Positions 49,501 to 59,732 of a DNA stretch of 64,000 nt are shown here, piece after piece. Position 1 is the stretch's first letter, and each line of letters begins with the position of its first letter. The DNA lies in the NCBI GenBank assembly GCA_054600435.1, contig BAAIJX010000005.1, positions 1 through 64,000 on the forward strand, given 5' to 3'. The translations under genes and the position numbers were made by a program. The stretch comes from Neophaeotheca triangularis. Lineage: Eukaryota. The notes under the pieces are model-generated. The model did no database searches. It was not told the DNA's origin and saw nothing but the letters and a program-made list of their open reading frames with translations.

Positions 49501-50278
49501 CCACATCCCGGTTCCTCTCGATCTCTAATTTCTCCCGCAAAGGTCTGGCAGTCCGTTCTACGGCACGAGCAACGTGTTCTTCAAGCTCCTCCCCTGCTCT
49601 GGTCTTCTGCTCCAGAAACTGCCTCTTAGTGTCCACTTCCCACTGCCTTCTTTCCTCATCGTGTTCCTTCTTCAGCGATTTGTAGTCCCGATTCCATTCG
49701 CGTACCTTTTCCTCCGATGCTGCGAGCTGCTTCTCCAAGCCGTGCTTTTCGCTTTTTATTTGCTTCAACTCCTTGATAGCTTGCTGACCCTCTAAATACT
49801 CCTTCTCCCGGTTCAGATCTTCCCCTGCCCTCCGCCCGCCAAATTCTTTGAGCGATGGACCCATCGTTTCTCGAGCATGTGACTTGACAGAGGATCTAGC
49901 AGATCCGCCAAAATTTGGTTTCGGAGGAGGTTGCGAGCGCGAAGAGTACAATCGTCGGGATGAAGCTGGTTCGGATGGGGAGGAGAATATCGCTTGCGTT
50001 GGCGACGACCTGTAATCTCGTAAGGCGGTGCGCCTATTCCCACTGAATACTATTCCCCGTGATCTATCCCATCTCTTGTCGATGGGGCGGCGGGATGGAA
50101 GGCGAGGAGCAATCTGGTTCAAAGCCGTACCAGAGTCGCTCACGCTACTTTGCACCATGGTGCGCCCGTCAACATCGCCAGATTGATCCGCCAGCTGGCA
50201 TGAGGCGAAACTATGGGAGACAGCCGGCTGAGAGAAGCGAGCAGCGACCTCTTGGAACGCGAGTCGCTGTAGTAGCAT
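46514..50278 (-). CDS. DEDDy 3'-5' exonuclease (WRN-exo/EXD2-like) with long N-terminal coiled coil
   Basis: ExoI VLGFDLEW, VSLVQIA, ExoII KAGVNVVGDANRL, ExoIII YAASDAYAG, and a C-terminal RAYHLWH helical domain. First ATG at 50278; the N-terminus is R/S-rich. Confidence 0.85.
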   Translation of the reverse strand: MLLQRLAFQEVAARFSQPAVSHSFASCQLADQSGDVDGRTMVQSSVSDSGTALNQIAPRLPSRRPIDKRWDRSRGIVFSGNRRTALRDYRSSPTQAIFSSPSEPASSRRLYSSRSQPPPKPNFGGSARSSVKSHARETMGPSLKEFGGRRAGEDLNREKEYLEGQQAIKELKQIKSEKHGLEKQLAASEEKVREWNRDYKSLKKEHDEERRQWEVDTKRQFLEQKTRAGEELEEHVARAVERTARPLREKLEIERNRDVAAEETARAEMQRASLAMNRVEPLEAENDALRERMQRFNTEREDGVRAMQSQYDEEIRLIKAKYSHDIRIAENEAVARPQRRSNYAAYRKIYGNLQKELSLLSIDNNLLTSSSRDIVKYWEGAQQSFERFCEEQKASWLLRRHVPIVKEVKKYLADNLQRAEKALQASRDLTRGVVQAYQQFSGVAHDHRNLIRWLRLRNRGDYNELSYAANIQGVSKPWARLMELALSQVNSKKINSFFRDWAKNLGRLRDLDELIAIRHEDIGAKAVFLETDSDKQTDFMVQKIQVKIGEQALGAQSRKRVSQSLTIIGDARAATVENKFVHESFVRRTALVKKSLGQADEEEKRYDQAIERLIAEKRKEVVESMRQYFQVDKTASPVSSLSSRLSSPRLRSRAAATSRPHREPRRAPYSGQRSLNFRPSAPMRAEHTFKLPGILLPKLEENITVNVAFLPNGFERSHEHLREDSFSIHHPGTVSFIDSSTRQLGDLKLLDSSNSDPTDSAENPPEMAQSSDSSTTTDKTENVADAEVSTPHEEHTPPTFQIPEDVFKGALRASPTTSAAYWKHTLYRGPEGQTPRYHYCTSYETAEIQAKKFLNEPVLGFDLEWETYAKLDSSSIKDNVSLVQIAAEDKICLFHIACFKGRTVDELMPPSLRLILESPTVVKAGVNVVGDANRLRKCFGIEMQGLFELSHLYKVVKYSEKEVHKVNRKPWSLAKQVEEILHLPLRKGEVRTSAWSKRLNVEQCLYAASDAYAGFRLFDALETKRKAMKPTPPRPAFYELHQPLVLGDGTKVMPKSGMKDKTAAASKGTEAEDEDDEEFFDAVETQDDADEVYSYAGVPLSGITYPSLPPLETLNINAEANNVNTLISSSAAAPSAPPKSSTPQRTIPSSPETAAAEAWLTTYRSDSSNPTITPANLRAYHLWHFQQKSVPEIAALLRETPLAQPTVANYVMTALSGTRLPFDGARMGEVLEFLPSSVRWRYKGVVRRAERSVA

Positions 50279-50570
50279 CCCGTTCCATACTTTGGAATCT
50301 GGTCGAGTCCAAGGGAGGTGGCGTTGCCTGTATCGAAAGGGTTGAAAAGGGCGGGGGGATAGATACACAACAAGGTGATGCAGTTCAATACAAGTACTGA
50401 TCTACAGTATCTAAGGCTGAAGTCTAAGCCGAACGCGTGGGCACGTGCAGCTCCCGCGAAGCACTGTCCAAAGTTCGCCTCTTCTAACTTCACCTTCCTC
50501 CGCCATTTACCTTGCTATACGAGCATGACATAGCTCCGACAATCTTTCAATCACATTGAAACCACTTGCT

Positions 50571-51088
50571 ATGGCTTCCGACTCCCAGAACAGACTGTTG
50601 CCGAGCGAACTCTTGGACAAATGCCGCGATCAGCCAATATGGGTTATCATGAAGAACGAGCTTGGTGCGTCCACCGCAGGAAGTCGGATAGAGGAAGAGC
50701 GTCACTGACCATTGCGAAGAGTTCGAGGGGATTCTCAAAGGCTACGACGACTACGTCAGTAAGTGTTATCTGACAAGACGACGTTTTGCTTTGAATTCGT
50801 TGAAGCTTACCCGCAGAAAGACATGGTTCTGGTCGATGTTACCCAGCAGTAAGCTTGAGGAGACCCTCAACTTCACTCGTGCATTAAAATCTCACAAATC
50901 TGTTAGCGACTACGATGGCGAGACTATAAAGCTCAAGCAAATCCTCCTTAACGGCAATAATATTTGCATGGTTTGTGCCCGCGCCAGCTTCTCATACCTA
51001 CAGGACAGTATGGCCTAACAATCTATAGTGTATTCCCGGCTCTCTGCCCTCGAAGGATGGCCTCCCCGCTGTCAATGGCGACGCATGA
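50571..51088 (+). CDS. LSM5: U6 snRNA-associated Sm-like protein Lsm5 (five exons, missed by the ORF track)
   Basis: Exons 50571-50664, 50720-50758, 50821-50848, 50907-50970, 51029-51088 give 94 aa: MASDSQNRLLPSELLDKCRDQPIWVIMKNELEFEGILKGYDDYVNMVLVDVTQHDYDGETIKLKQILLNGNNICMCIPGSLPSKDGLPAVNGDA, with Sm1 and Sm2 motifs typical of Lsm5. Confidence 0.92.
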
Positions 51089-51501
51089 ACGAACAGTGGG
51101 CAAGGTGGCGCTCCAGGCAATGGCGAATGATACCCAACGTAGCGGTTTCGACGAAGACGCGGACTGGAGACTTAGCGGACGGCAGACTCGGATGCAATCC
51201 ACAATACAGGTGGACTACTGAGAGAATGCAATTCTACCATTAAAGCTCCCAAACAGCTTCCGTCTTCAGTGTTTCTACAAGACCAGCCATCTCCACAGGT
51301 GACGAGTGGGCCGCCAGGCTCCTTGCGGGTTTGCACTCACTGCCAAAGCCGGGGGCACGTGAGAACAGAAATGAACAGAAACATCTTCGTCGAGCACAAG
51401 ACCCAGCGCGATTCCTCTAAGCATGCGCAATACCGAAAGGAATTCCGAAACCTGGCGCCAACGCCGAACGCCTGCCCTTCACCACCACCATCAGCAACCG
51501 A

Positions 51502-52322
51502 CTAACTAGTAATCGTCGCCCCAGCATTCCTCCACACCTCCCTCACCTCCTCCCTAACCAACCTCTCAAAAACCCACTCCCCAACATCCTCCCTACGAAT
51601 CGAATACCCCACAGCCGGCTCCCCCTCCCAACCCTCCCTCACCCTCCCAATCCCCAAACCCTTCCCATCCACCAGCAAAGTAGACATGACGGTAGTATAA
51701 ACCCCCAAAACCTGCTGCGATTCCGGCTTTCGCATTTCCGCTCGCAGCAGTTCTTGCACTTTGCGCTTGTCCTCGTGGGGTTCGTGCAGAAGCCAGTGGT
51801 AGAGGTAGCCGTAGCCCAGGGGCACATCTCGGGTGGCTTTGGGGCCGCCGAGGCCCGTGGTAGAGAGGTTGATCAGGCGGGGTTTTTGACCCCGTGAGAG
51901 CTGCGCGAGCGCGAGCAGGAGGACTTTCATCGCGTCTTCGCAGACGGTGGGGTCGGCGAGACCCATGGGAATCCAGCTGAGGCGGAGTTGTGGGGTCGAA
52001 CCTAGGCAGCGAGGGTGAGTTTGGGATGTCGTTTTGCTTTGATTTGGGGAACGGGGTGACGCGAACCGACTCCCGAGATTATGATGTCGACGACTGAGTC
52101 TTTGAAGACGAGAGCTTTCTTGACGTCTTCGACGTTTTTGGCGTCGCCTTGGATGATTTGCAGGTTGCTGGTGTCTATGCCTTTGCTTTTGAGGGCGGTG
52201 GTGAGTTTTGAGGGCGTGCGGGCTAGTGCGATGCAGTCGTGGCCGTTTTTGAGTGCATGTGCGAGAGCGCTGCCTGCGCAACCGCCCGTGGCGCCAAAGA
52301 AGGCGAGTCTAGGGAGGGCCAT
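51502..52322 (-). CDS. NAD(P)-binding Rossmann protein (atypical SDR / flavin reductase-like)
   Basis: LAFFGATGGCAG...ALARTPSKL...IIQGDA. Intron 52066-52002 joins IISGVG|STPQL. LSTTG, HEDKRK and GYSIRREDVG follow. Confidence 0.85.
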
Positions 52323-53743
52323 GATGGAGGGTCACTTGTGGGTTTAACAGCAAAAATGTGTGAGATTCTGAGATGAGCGATATGAGGAAGCGGAACTGTT
52401 TACGGCTTCAAGTGTGCGAGCTCACTAGTTGCACGTACTTGTACTTGCGAGATCTCACCTTCCTTGCTGCCTTCAGCGCTACAGCTGTTGTTCCTTCGTA
52501 TCTCGGAAGCGACGGGACCTCAGCTCTGCGGGAAGGATCGTTAATTTATAGCTCTCAGCCCGTAAGCGATGTTGGAGCGTCTGCAACGCGACGGTCTAGA
52601 GCTTCCAGATGTTGGCGCCCCGCTGGTACTTAGGTGGTTCACCTAAGACGGTGGCTAAGCCTCCTGAAGTAAGTACCGGATGCTTAGCTCGTAGGATAGA
52701 ATGAGATACCTAGAAAAAGGAAAGTTGGGTACCTTGAGGTGCATTTGCAGCTGCTGCGCGGCAAGGTCACAAGCACCAGCTGTTCTCTCCGCGTTCGTGC
52801 CAGGCTCCAGCATCATGACTGCAGGTGGCGAGGGTACCGGCATGGGAGCAGGAATACAATGGATGTACCGCAGTCTCAGTCCTCTGCCGCAGTGAAGACG
52901 GTGTCCCCGAACTCTTCTCCAACCTCGAGCCGCGCGAACAGCGAGCCCAAGGACTTGGTGAAAAGAAAGCGCTGATCCATACAGTTTAGGAGAGGGTTGC
53001 CAAAAATTCCCATTCGATCCGAAGACCCTATTGAGTCGTTAGCATCAATCACCTTTAGCATGACTCAAGAAACTTGTGTGGGATAACTTACAAATGGAGC
53101 AGTCAGTCGAATAGTTTTCAACTGGGAAGAGAGTTAGTAGGGGTCTTGACGGCGTGAAAAAGGTATTTCTGCTTACCTAGCAAAAATCTGAGCTCGAACG
53201 AATTCTCACTGCTACAGATAATGCCCTTGCACTCGGATGGGGAAGAGAAGAAGAAAGAGTTCCTACAGAAAGCTGAGGTGCCTTCGGTTTTGTAGCTAGA
53301 CTAGCGGGAACGGGACTGACTGGGAAGCGCTCGGGCCTCCTACCAAGGCTGACTCAGCTGCTACTGAGGCACCAACAGTGAGGCAGGCATTTAGGTACCT
53401 AGGTATAGGTAGGCCAACGACCCATGTTTGTTCCTTTGTCGTCGGGTTCCCATGTCGTCGCGATGGGTGCGTGCTCATACTACATCCCGTTTGCCAGAGA
53501 CATATCGCATATCGCATTTTACGGTAGCAGGGTGGCGTGCGACAACCAAACTTCCTGCCTGAGGCGCTCCAGGTATCGCAGCTCGCCGATAGCCAACCTC
53601 ACACCGAACGTAAGTGCATGATAACGAGCATCACGTCTCTATTACCTTGCCACGGCACCTTTCGATTTCCACCTACCGATCGTCCAAATGATCACACTAC
53701 CTCTCTCTGCCTCTGCACATCCTCCTCACGTTGACGACTTCGG

Positions 53744-56218
53744 ATGAGACGAGACCTCAGCCTACTCAGCAACATGGAGCCCACAGAATCGACCGACATG
53801 TCGAACACCGACTACGACGCCTACATAGCCTCGATGCGCGAGACAGAGTATCCAATGCTACAGGACGCCATCTATCTAGACCATGCAGGAACAACGCTCT
53901 ACCCCAAAACCCTCATGGAGCGTTTCACCACTGATATGCTTGCCAACCTCTACGGCAACCCACACTCTGCTTCTCCTTCGAGCCAGCTCTCCACTGTAGC
54001 CATTGAGAATATCCGTCTCGATCTGCTGCGAGTCTTCCAGGCCGATCCTGACCAGTTTGATCTCGTATTTACTGCTAATGCGACAGCGGGGATCAAAGTG
54101 ATCGTAGAGGCTTTGAGGGCGCAAGAGGGGGGGTTCTGGTATGGGTACCATAGTGATGCGCATACGAGTCTAGTGGGAGTGAGGGAAGAAGCGGAGAGGG
54201 GGGCTAGGTGTTTTGGAGGAGATGCGGAGGTCGAAACGTGGTTCGAGGAAGATGTTGGAAATGTCAATGGCAGAGTGGGCCTCTTCGCTTGGCCTGCACA
54301 ATCGAATATGAATGGAAGGAGATTGCCATTGAGTTGGAGTCGGAAGGTCAGGGACAAGGAGCTGCTAGGTGGTGGGAAGGTGTACTCATTGCTGGACGCG
54401 GCTGCTTTAGTCTCAACATCGGCGCTGGACTTGTCGGACCCTTCCATGTCACCGGATTTTACGGTCCTCAGCTTGTATAAAGTTTTTGGGTTCCCGGATC
54501 TGGGGGCACTCATCGTAAGAAAGGATACTACGAATTTGTTTCGGCGGCGGAAGTATTTTGGCGGTGGAACGGTCGATATGGTTGTTTGCTTGAAGGAAGA
54601 GTGGCACGCGAAGAAGACGGCGGCGCTTCATGAGCAGCTTGAGGACGGTACTTTGCCGATTCACAGTATCATTGCGTTGCGGTCGGCTATGCAGACGCAT
54701 CTGGAGCTATTTGGCACGCTTGACCGGGTCTCGAAGCATACTGCGTATCTCGCCGAGCGTCTCCACACTGAACTCAGCAGCCTAAGGCACGGGAATGGCC
54801 TGCCTGCCTGCCAACTGTATAGCGCCAGGCCATCTAGTGAACTCCCAACCGTCAAACAAGGCCCAGTCTTGGCCTTCAATTTCTGTGATGCAAAAGGTAA
54901 CTGGGTGAGCAACACAGAGGTCGAGAAGCTAGCGACAGTTAAGAACGTACATCTACGGACAGGCGGTCTCTGTAACCCGGGAGGTATTGCAGCATCGCTG
55001 GGACTTTCCCCTTGGGAGATGCGTGACAATTTCTCTGCGGGCCATCGTTGTGGTGGGGAGAACGACATTCTGAACGGCAAACCCACCGGGATGACAAGGC
55101 TCAGTCTTGGGGCTATGAGTACGATGAGTGACGTGACCGCGTTTCTGAATTTGGCTCGTGAGTTTTTCATCGATGGAACAACATCTGCGCCGCCTTCGCC
55201 AGCGCTAGTGGACAACCCGAACTCTGCTCAGCTCTATGTCGAAAGTCTGACCGTCTACCCTATCAAGAGCTGCGCAGGCTGGCCCGTTGCCCTTGATCGA
55301 TCCTGGGAGGTGAGACCTGAAGGATTGGCGTGGGATCGTGAGTGGTGCATCGTGCACCAAGGCTCTGGCGCCGCACTGAGCCAAAAGCGATATCCAAAGA
55401 TGGCGCTCATCAGACCTTCGCTTGACTTCGAAGCCGGCGTCCTTCGCATAAGCATCTCTGGCAAATCAGACGACCTAACAGTACCGCTCTCTCTCGACCC
55501 ATCTCACTTCGCCACGTCACCCTTCCGTCAGCATCCAGCAAACGTCTGCAACGAACCCATTAGCGCCCACATCTACACTTCCAAAACAATGTCGGGTCTT
55601 CTCACAGCCTTCCTCAACGTCCCCTGCACTCTCGCGCGCTTCCCACCCGCCACCCGCGCCTCACCATCAACCCGCCACAGCAAATCGCACCTCCAGACTA
55701 CCGTCGCACAACGACCCGACGCCACTCCCCGCCCCATCCTCCTAAGCAACGAATCCCCAATCCTCACAATCACCCGTCCCAGCCTCAACCGCCTAAACGA
55801 AACCATCAAGGCCCGCTCCGGCAAAGCAGCTTCCCCTTCAGTCTTCCGCGCCAACATTGTCCTAGCAGCGTCCCCCTTCATACCTCCGGGAAGCGAAACC
55901 CCTTATGCCGAAGACAATTGGGAGAATATGCGCATCACCAACCATCAGCAAAACGACGATACCGATGCGGGTACTGGCTCGGTGGGTTTTGAGTTCCTGG
56001 GTGGTTGCAGAAGGTGTCAAATGGTGTGCGTGGATCAGACGACGGGGGAGCGGGACCAGGAGCCTTTTGTCACGCTGGCGAAGACTAGACGATTCGAAGG
56101 TAGGGTGCTTTTTGGGGTGCACACTGCGCTGCAGAGGGGAGAGGAGAGGGGGACTGCTAGAGTGAGGGTCGGGGATGCTGTTGAGGTTGTTGAGAGAAAG
56201 AGGGAGGTGTTTGAATGA
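53744..56218 (+). CDS. hxB: Molybdenum cofactor sulfurase (NifS-like + MOSC domains)
   Basis: YLDHAGTT, YGNPHS, LLDAAA, SLYKVFGFPDLGAL (PLP Lys), LRTGGLCNPGG (catalytic Cys), VYPIKSC, WDREW, FRANIV, CRRCQMVCVDQ. The start could be ATG 53774. Confidence 0.95.
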   Translation: MRRDLSLLSNMEPTESTDMSNTDYDAYIASMRETEYPMLQDAIYLDHAGTTLYPKTLMERFTTDMLANLYGNPHSASPSSQLSTVAIENIRLDLLRVFQADPDQFDLVFTANATAGIKVIVEALRAQEGGFWYGYHSDAHTSLVGVREEAERGARCFGGDAEVETWFEEDVGNVNGRVGLFAWPAQSNMNGRRLPLSWSRKVRDKELLGGGKVYSLLDAAALVSTSALDLSDPSMSPDFTVLSLYKVFGFPDLGALIVRKDTTNLFRRRKYFGGGTVDMVVCLKEEWHAKKTAALHEQLEDGTLPIHSIIALRSAMQTHLELFGTLDRVSKHTAYLAERLHTELSSLRHGNGLPACQLYSARPSSELPTVKQGPVLAFNFCDAKGNWVSNTEVEKLATVKNVHLRTGGLCNPGGIAASLGLSPWEMRDNFSAGHRCGGENDILNGKPTGMTRLSLGAMSTMSDVTAFLNLAREFFIDGTTSAPPSPALVDNPNSAQLYVESLTVYPIKSCAGWPVALDRSWEVRPEGLAWDREWCIVHQGSGAALSQKRYPKMALIRPSLDFEAGVLRISISGKSDDLTVPLSLDPSHFATSPFRQHPANVCNEPISAHIYTSKTMSGLLTAFLNVPCTLARFPPATRASPSTRHSKSHLQTTVAQRPDATPRPILLSNESPILTITRPSLNRLNETIKARSGKAASPSVFRANIVLAASPFIPPGSETPYAEDNWENMRITNHQQNDDTDAGTGSVGFEFLGGCRRCQMVCVDQTTGERDQEPFVTLAKTRRFEGRVLFGVHTALQRGEERGTARVRVGDAVEVVERKREVFE

Positions 56219-57541
56219 CGGATTGCTTCTCCCCAACGATTTGCTGGCTTTCCACAGAGCCAAGTATCCCAAATTCAGTCGGACGTTAGGGACGGGGAGA
56301 AATTCGGGATGCAGCGACTTTTGGCTAGCTACGCTTAGGTTGGTACACGCGTGTCGGGTCGGTATTACGATGGCCAAGAGACCTTACCCTGAACGAGGAC
56401 GGTCAGTCGGGCGACGTTGAACGTTGCATGGATCGTGCAGATGCGAATCAGTGGTGGTTCTTATACCGCCGGCAACGTGTCTTAGCAGCGGGAACTCTTT
56501 TCCAGTGAGCCGGCGGATCTTTTACTGCGATGAGGATCAATTCAGATACTCCCGGTACCGTCTCCTTCCACTTATACCTCGACCGCGACGACCCAACGAG
56601 TCGCTATGAAGGCTACTGCGAGAAAGTCGGCTCGGACACTATTATCACAGGTGGCACTAGTGCGGAAACGGGGCTCGGAAGCTAACGAATGTGCTCGCAT
56701 TGTGTCCGCGTCTGGCTCGGTGTCGACGCTGGGAAGTTACGTCTTTTACAAGAAACGTCACGCAAGCTCGGCTGCATTTGCAGTTCTGAACGACTTCTCT
56801 GCAAAGACAAGCCGCGAGATGCTGCGCTTGGAAATTTTGTATGGCGTAGGGGCTGAAGAGTCTACGGGTCTCCGCGTGAGGCGCACGCGGAAGAGTGTCA
56901 GAGCTGAGCCGCCGTTCTCTTGTTGGTTTAGGAGCCTCGACGGCTGCGCGGAAGAATCGAACTACGAGGTCTTGCATGGGCAAACTGGAAGAATCATTTG
57001 ATCAGGAGACTGTGCTGCTTTACTGTCGGTTTTCTCGCTATCTCTTTGTTGCAACTTTGCGCGCTGGGATACTGCCACTGAATCTACAAGGGACTTCGAA
57101 TTTTGATCGTCTAGCATCAACATCAACATCGGAATGAATAACTGGCCGGCACTTGTGATCAATCTGGCAGACTGCTGGCGCTTGTATGTCGCATCGAACC
57201 AAGATAGCCTGGCGTGGCGTGGTGTGCGTGCAGTTGCTGGTGTTGTGGACGTCCAGACGGTGATTCAGAGAGATTGGCGAGACTGGGCTTACTCAGTCGT
57301 TACGCTGTGATTGCACATTCACCAGTCAGTAGCAGGTAGCTTTTTGCAATCATTTAGCAACCTATAAAATGGGTCTTTTTCATGCCAGGAAAAGGTCATA
57401 GGATGCAAAACCCGAGTAATCATACTTGATTCCCTCAACACGGAAACAGACGCCCAATGCCGGGGTATCTCTAAACCAAGCACTTTACCCTTTTCCTATT
57501 CCCCACCCACCAAACGCCATTCCCAAACCGAACAAACCACC

Positions 57542-58045
57542 TTACTCCTCCACAGCGCTCTCCTGAACCTTCTCCCCCTTCTTCCCCCCACCGCCCATCC
57601 CAAGCATCTCCTTCCCTTTACCCACGATGCCCTGAAAACTCGACCGCCTCGCCTTACCGCCCCCCCTCTCCTGACTCCTCGCACGACTCCTACTCCTCTC
57701 CTCCTGCTCCTTGCGCACCTCCTTATCCGCATCCTTGCCCCCGACGGTCGTCATATTGCCCTCCCCGCCACGGCCCCAGTGATACGTCCCCTTGGGCGCT
57801 TTGGCATGGTGCGCCGGCGCTTCGACATCTTGCGCCTGTCGCGCCACGTCGGGGTTCTCGTTGGGCACGATGTTGCCCGTGCCGCCGCGGCCGGTCGTGT
57901 ACGCGGGTGTCTTGATCGTGGGCGTTGCGAGGTCTTCGGCGTTGACGCTGGTGGGGTTTGCGCTTGCGGCGGCTTGGATGTTGCCGGCGCCGCCGCGGCC
58001 GCTGGAGGTGCTGCGGAGGGGCTTGTCTTTGAGGAAGTGGGCCAT
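57542..58045 (-). CDS. PAR32: Par32/DUF3602-family protein
   Basis: Three GRGGxGN motifs (GRGGAGNI, GRGGTGNI, GRGGEGNM) in a small disordered protein with a basic C-terminus. Confidence 0.8.
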   Translation of the reverse strand: MAHFLKDKPLRSTSSGRGGAGNIQAAASANPTSVNAEDLATPTIKTPAYTTGRGGTGNIVPNENPDVARQAQDVEAPAHHAKAPKGTYHWGRGGEGNMTTVGGKDADKEVRKEQEERSRSRARSQERGGGKARRSSFQGIVGKGKEMLGMGGGGKKGEKVQESAVEE

Positions 58046-58619
58046 TGTTTTGAGTGGGATTTTCTTTTGAGGTGCGTGGTGTGTTGGGTGTAGAGGTGGG
58101 TTTGAGGAGAGGAGGGAAGATTTGGTGGAGGAGCTCGTGGTTTGTTTTTAAAAGCGTCGTTCGACCCAAGAGTCTTGTGGTATCGAGGGTAGAAGACGAA
58201 GAGGTGAAGTACCAGTAAGGTATCGAAGAGATGCAAGCATACCTCACCTAACTTCACTTAATTTAGGTATTTCGATTAGATAAAAGGCCGCCCAAAGAGC
58301 GGCCACTTGAGGCGGAGAGGCTAGAGCCAATCAGATCACTCTACTCTACTCGCTTCCTCACTACATGTTATTTTATATAATTATCATTATTATTACTACT
58401 ACTACTACTGTAGTACATCACCAGGAGACGTCGGGATACTCTTATCTTATCCGGCCATCGTTTTCCTGGATCTCTACCTACCTACATAGTACCTAACAAC
58501 CATAGCTTAATCTACTGGACTCGGCCATCATACCGCGTATCCTTTGCGTCCATCTGGACCGATTCCAACCGTCAACGGCTTGCCGGTCAACGCCACCAAA
58601 TCCATCGACTCTATCAAAC

Positions 58620-59732
58620 ATGGCCGGCCTTCCCCCTCGACCGACCTTCGAACAAGACTTTACCAGCGAAAAAGCACTCCAGCCAATCGAGGCATCAAAC
58701 ATCATCCCGATCCAAACCCCCAACCCGCAACAACCCCCCCAGCCACCCCAAGACCCCTCTCGCCCTCCCCCAGAAGGCTACTCGCCCCTCCTCGCCCTCC
58801 CAGTAGAACTGCTAGAACTAATCCTTTCCCACGCCCTCCCTCACCCCTCCCCACTCACCTACGATCAAATCTACAAACCCCCAGTAATCCGTAAACTCAA
58901 AAGCGCCGGCCAGCACGCCCACGCCGACGACCTCGCAGCCGCAAACCTCCGCAGCCAACTCAACACCCCCCCTCGAAACCTAGCAGCCTGCCGACACCTA
59001 TACACTCTAGCCCAAAACCTCCACCACAAAACCCGACACTTCACCTTCCACTCCGCAAACCTTCACCCCTTGCTCCTACGAAACCCAATCCCCCATCTCC
59101 TCCACCCCAGTCTCGAAACCACAACATCTGTCCAACTCCCCCTCCACCCGTCCAAAAACACCACTCTCCGCTTACAGCAACTATGCGCCTGTTTCCCCGC
59201 TTTGCGAAGGCTGGAATTAACCGAGCTGAAGCTTTCGCACTTCTGGCCGCATGAGTTTCGTAAGAAGCGGCCGAGAGAGCTAGCGGCGATGCTGGATTGC
59301 GAGCGAGTGCCGTGGGCGGAAGTGGTGCTGGGGTTTGCGGGCTTGCGGGTTTTGGGTGTGACTGCTTCGAGCGAGTTTGGTGCTAGTGAGGTCGGGGTGC
59401 AGAGTGTCGAGGGCTTTGGTCGGTGGTTGAGGGGAAAGTTTTGGGAGAAGTATGGACGGGAGTGTCGGGGTTTTGATGATGGTGATGGTGGGTTTGTGGG
59501 GGAGGGGGTTGGTGCGGAGGTTGAGAGAGCGAAGGGATTGCGTGAGGTGGAGGAGGCGCGGGTGGCGAGGTGTGAGAGGGTGGAGAAGGCTGCTAGGGAG
59601 AGGTTGCTGAGGGTTGAGATAGCTGAGGGGGAGGGGGTGGAGTTGCTGCGGGCGGATGGGGATGAGCGGGGGTCTAGAGAGCTGGGTTTGAGTGATGTGC
59701 TAGATAAGAGGCAGATGCGGAGGTTTTTGTAG
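58620..59732 (+). CDS. Hypothetical protein with F-box-like motif
   Basis: 370-aa ORF with ATG in good context (aaacATGG), SPLLALPVELLELILSHAL, and an LRR-like FPALRRLELTEL. Confidence 0.65.
   Translation: MAGLPPRPTFEQDFTSEKALQPIEASNIIPIQTPNPQQPPQPPQDPSRPPPEGYSPLLALPVELLELILSHALPHPSPLTYDQIYKPPVIRKLKSAGQHAHADDLAAANLRSQLNTPPRNLAACRHLYTLAQNLHHKTRHFTFHSANLHPLLLRNPIPHLLHPSLETTTSVQLPLHPSKNTTLRLQQLCACFPALRRLELTELKLSHFWPHEFRKKRPRELAAMLDCERVPWAEVVLGFAGLRVLGVTASSEFGASEVGVQSVEGFGRWLRGKFWEKYGRECRGFDDGDGGFVGEGVGAEVERAKGLREVEEARVARCERVEKAARERLLRVEIAEGEGVELLRADGDERGSRELGLSDVLDKRQMRRFL

Noticed and set aside
11185..58045. Nitrogen/amino-acid gene cluster (LYS1, SHR3, CHA1, hxB, PAR32)
   Set aside because: The genes are spread over 47 kb among unrelated housekeeping genes, with no evidence of co-regulation.
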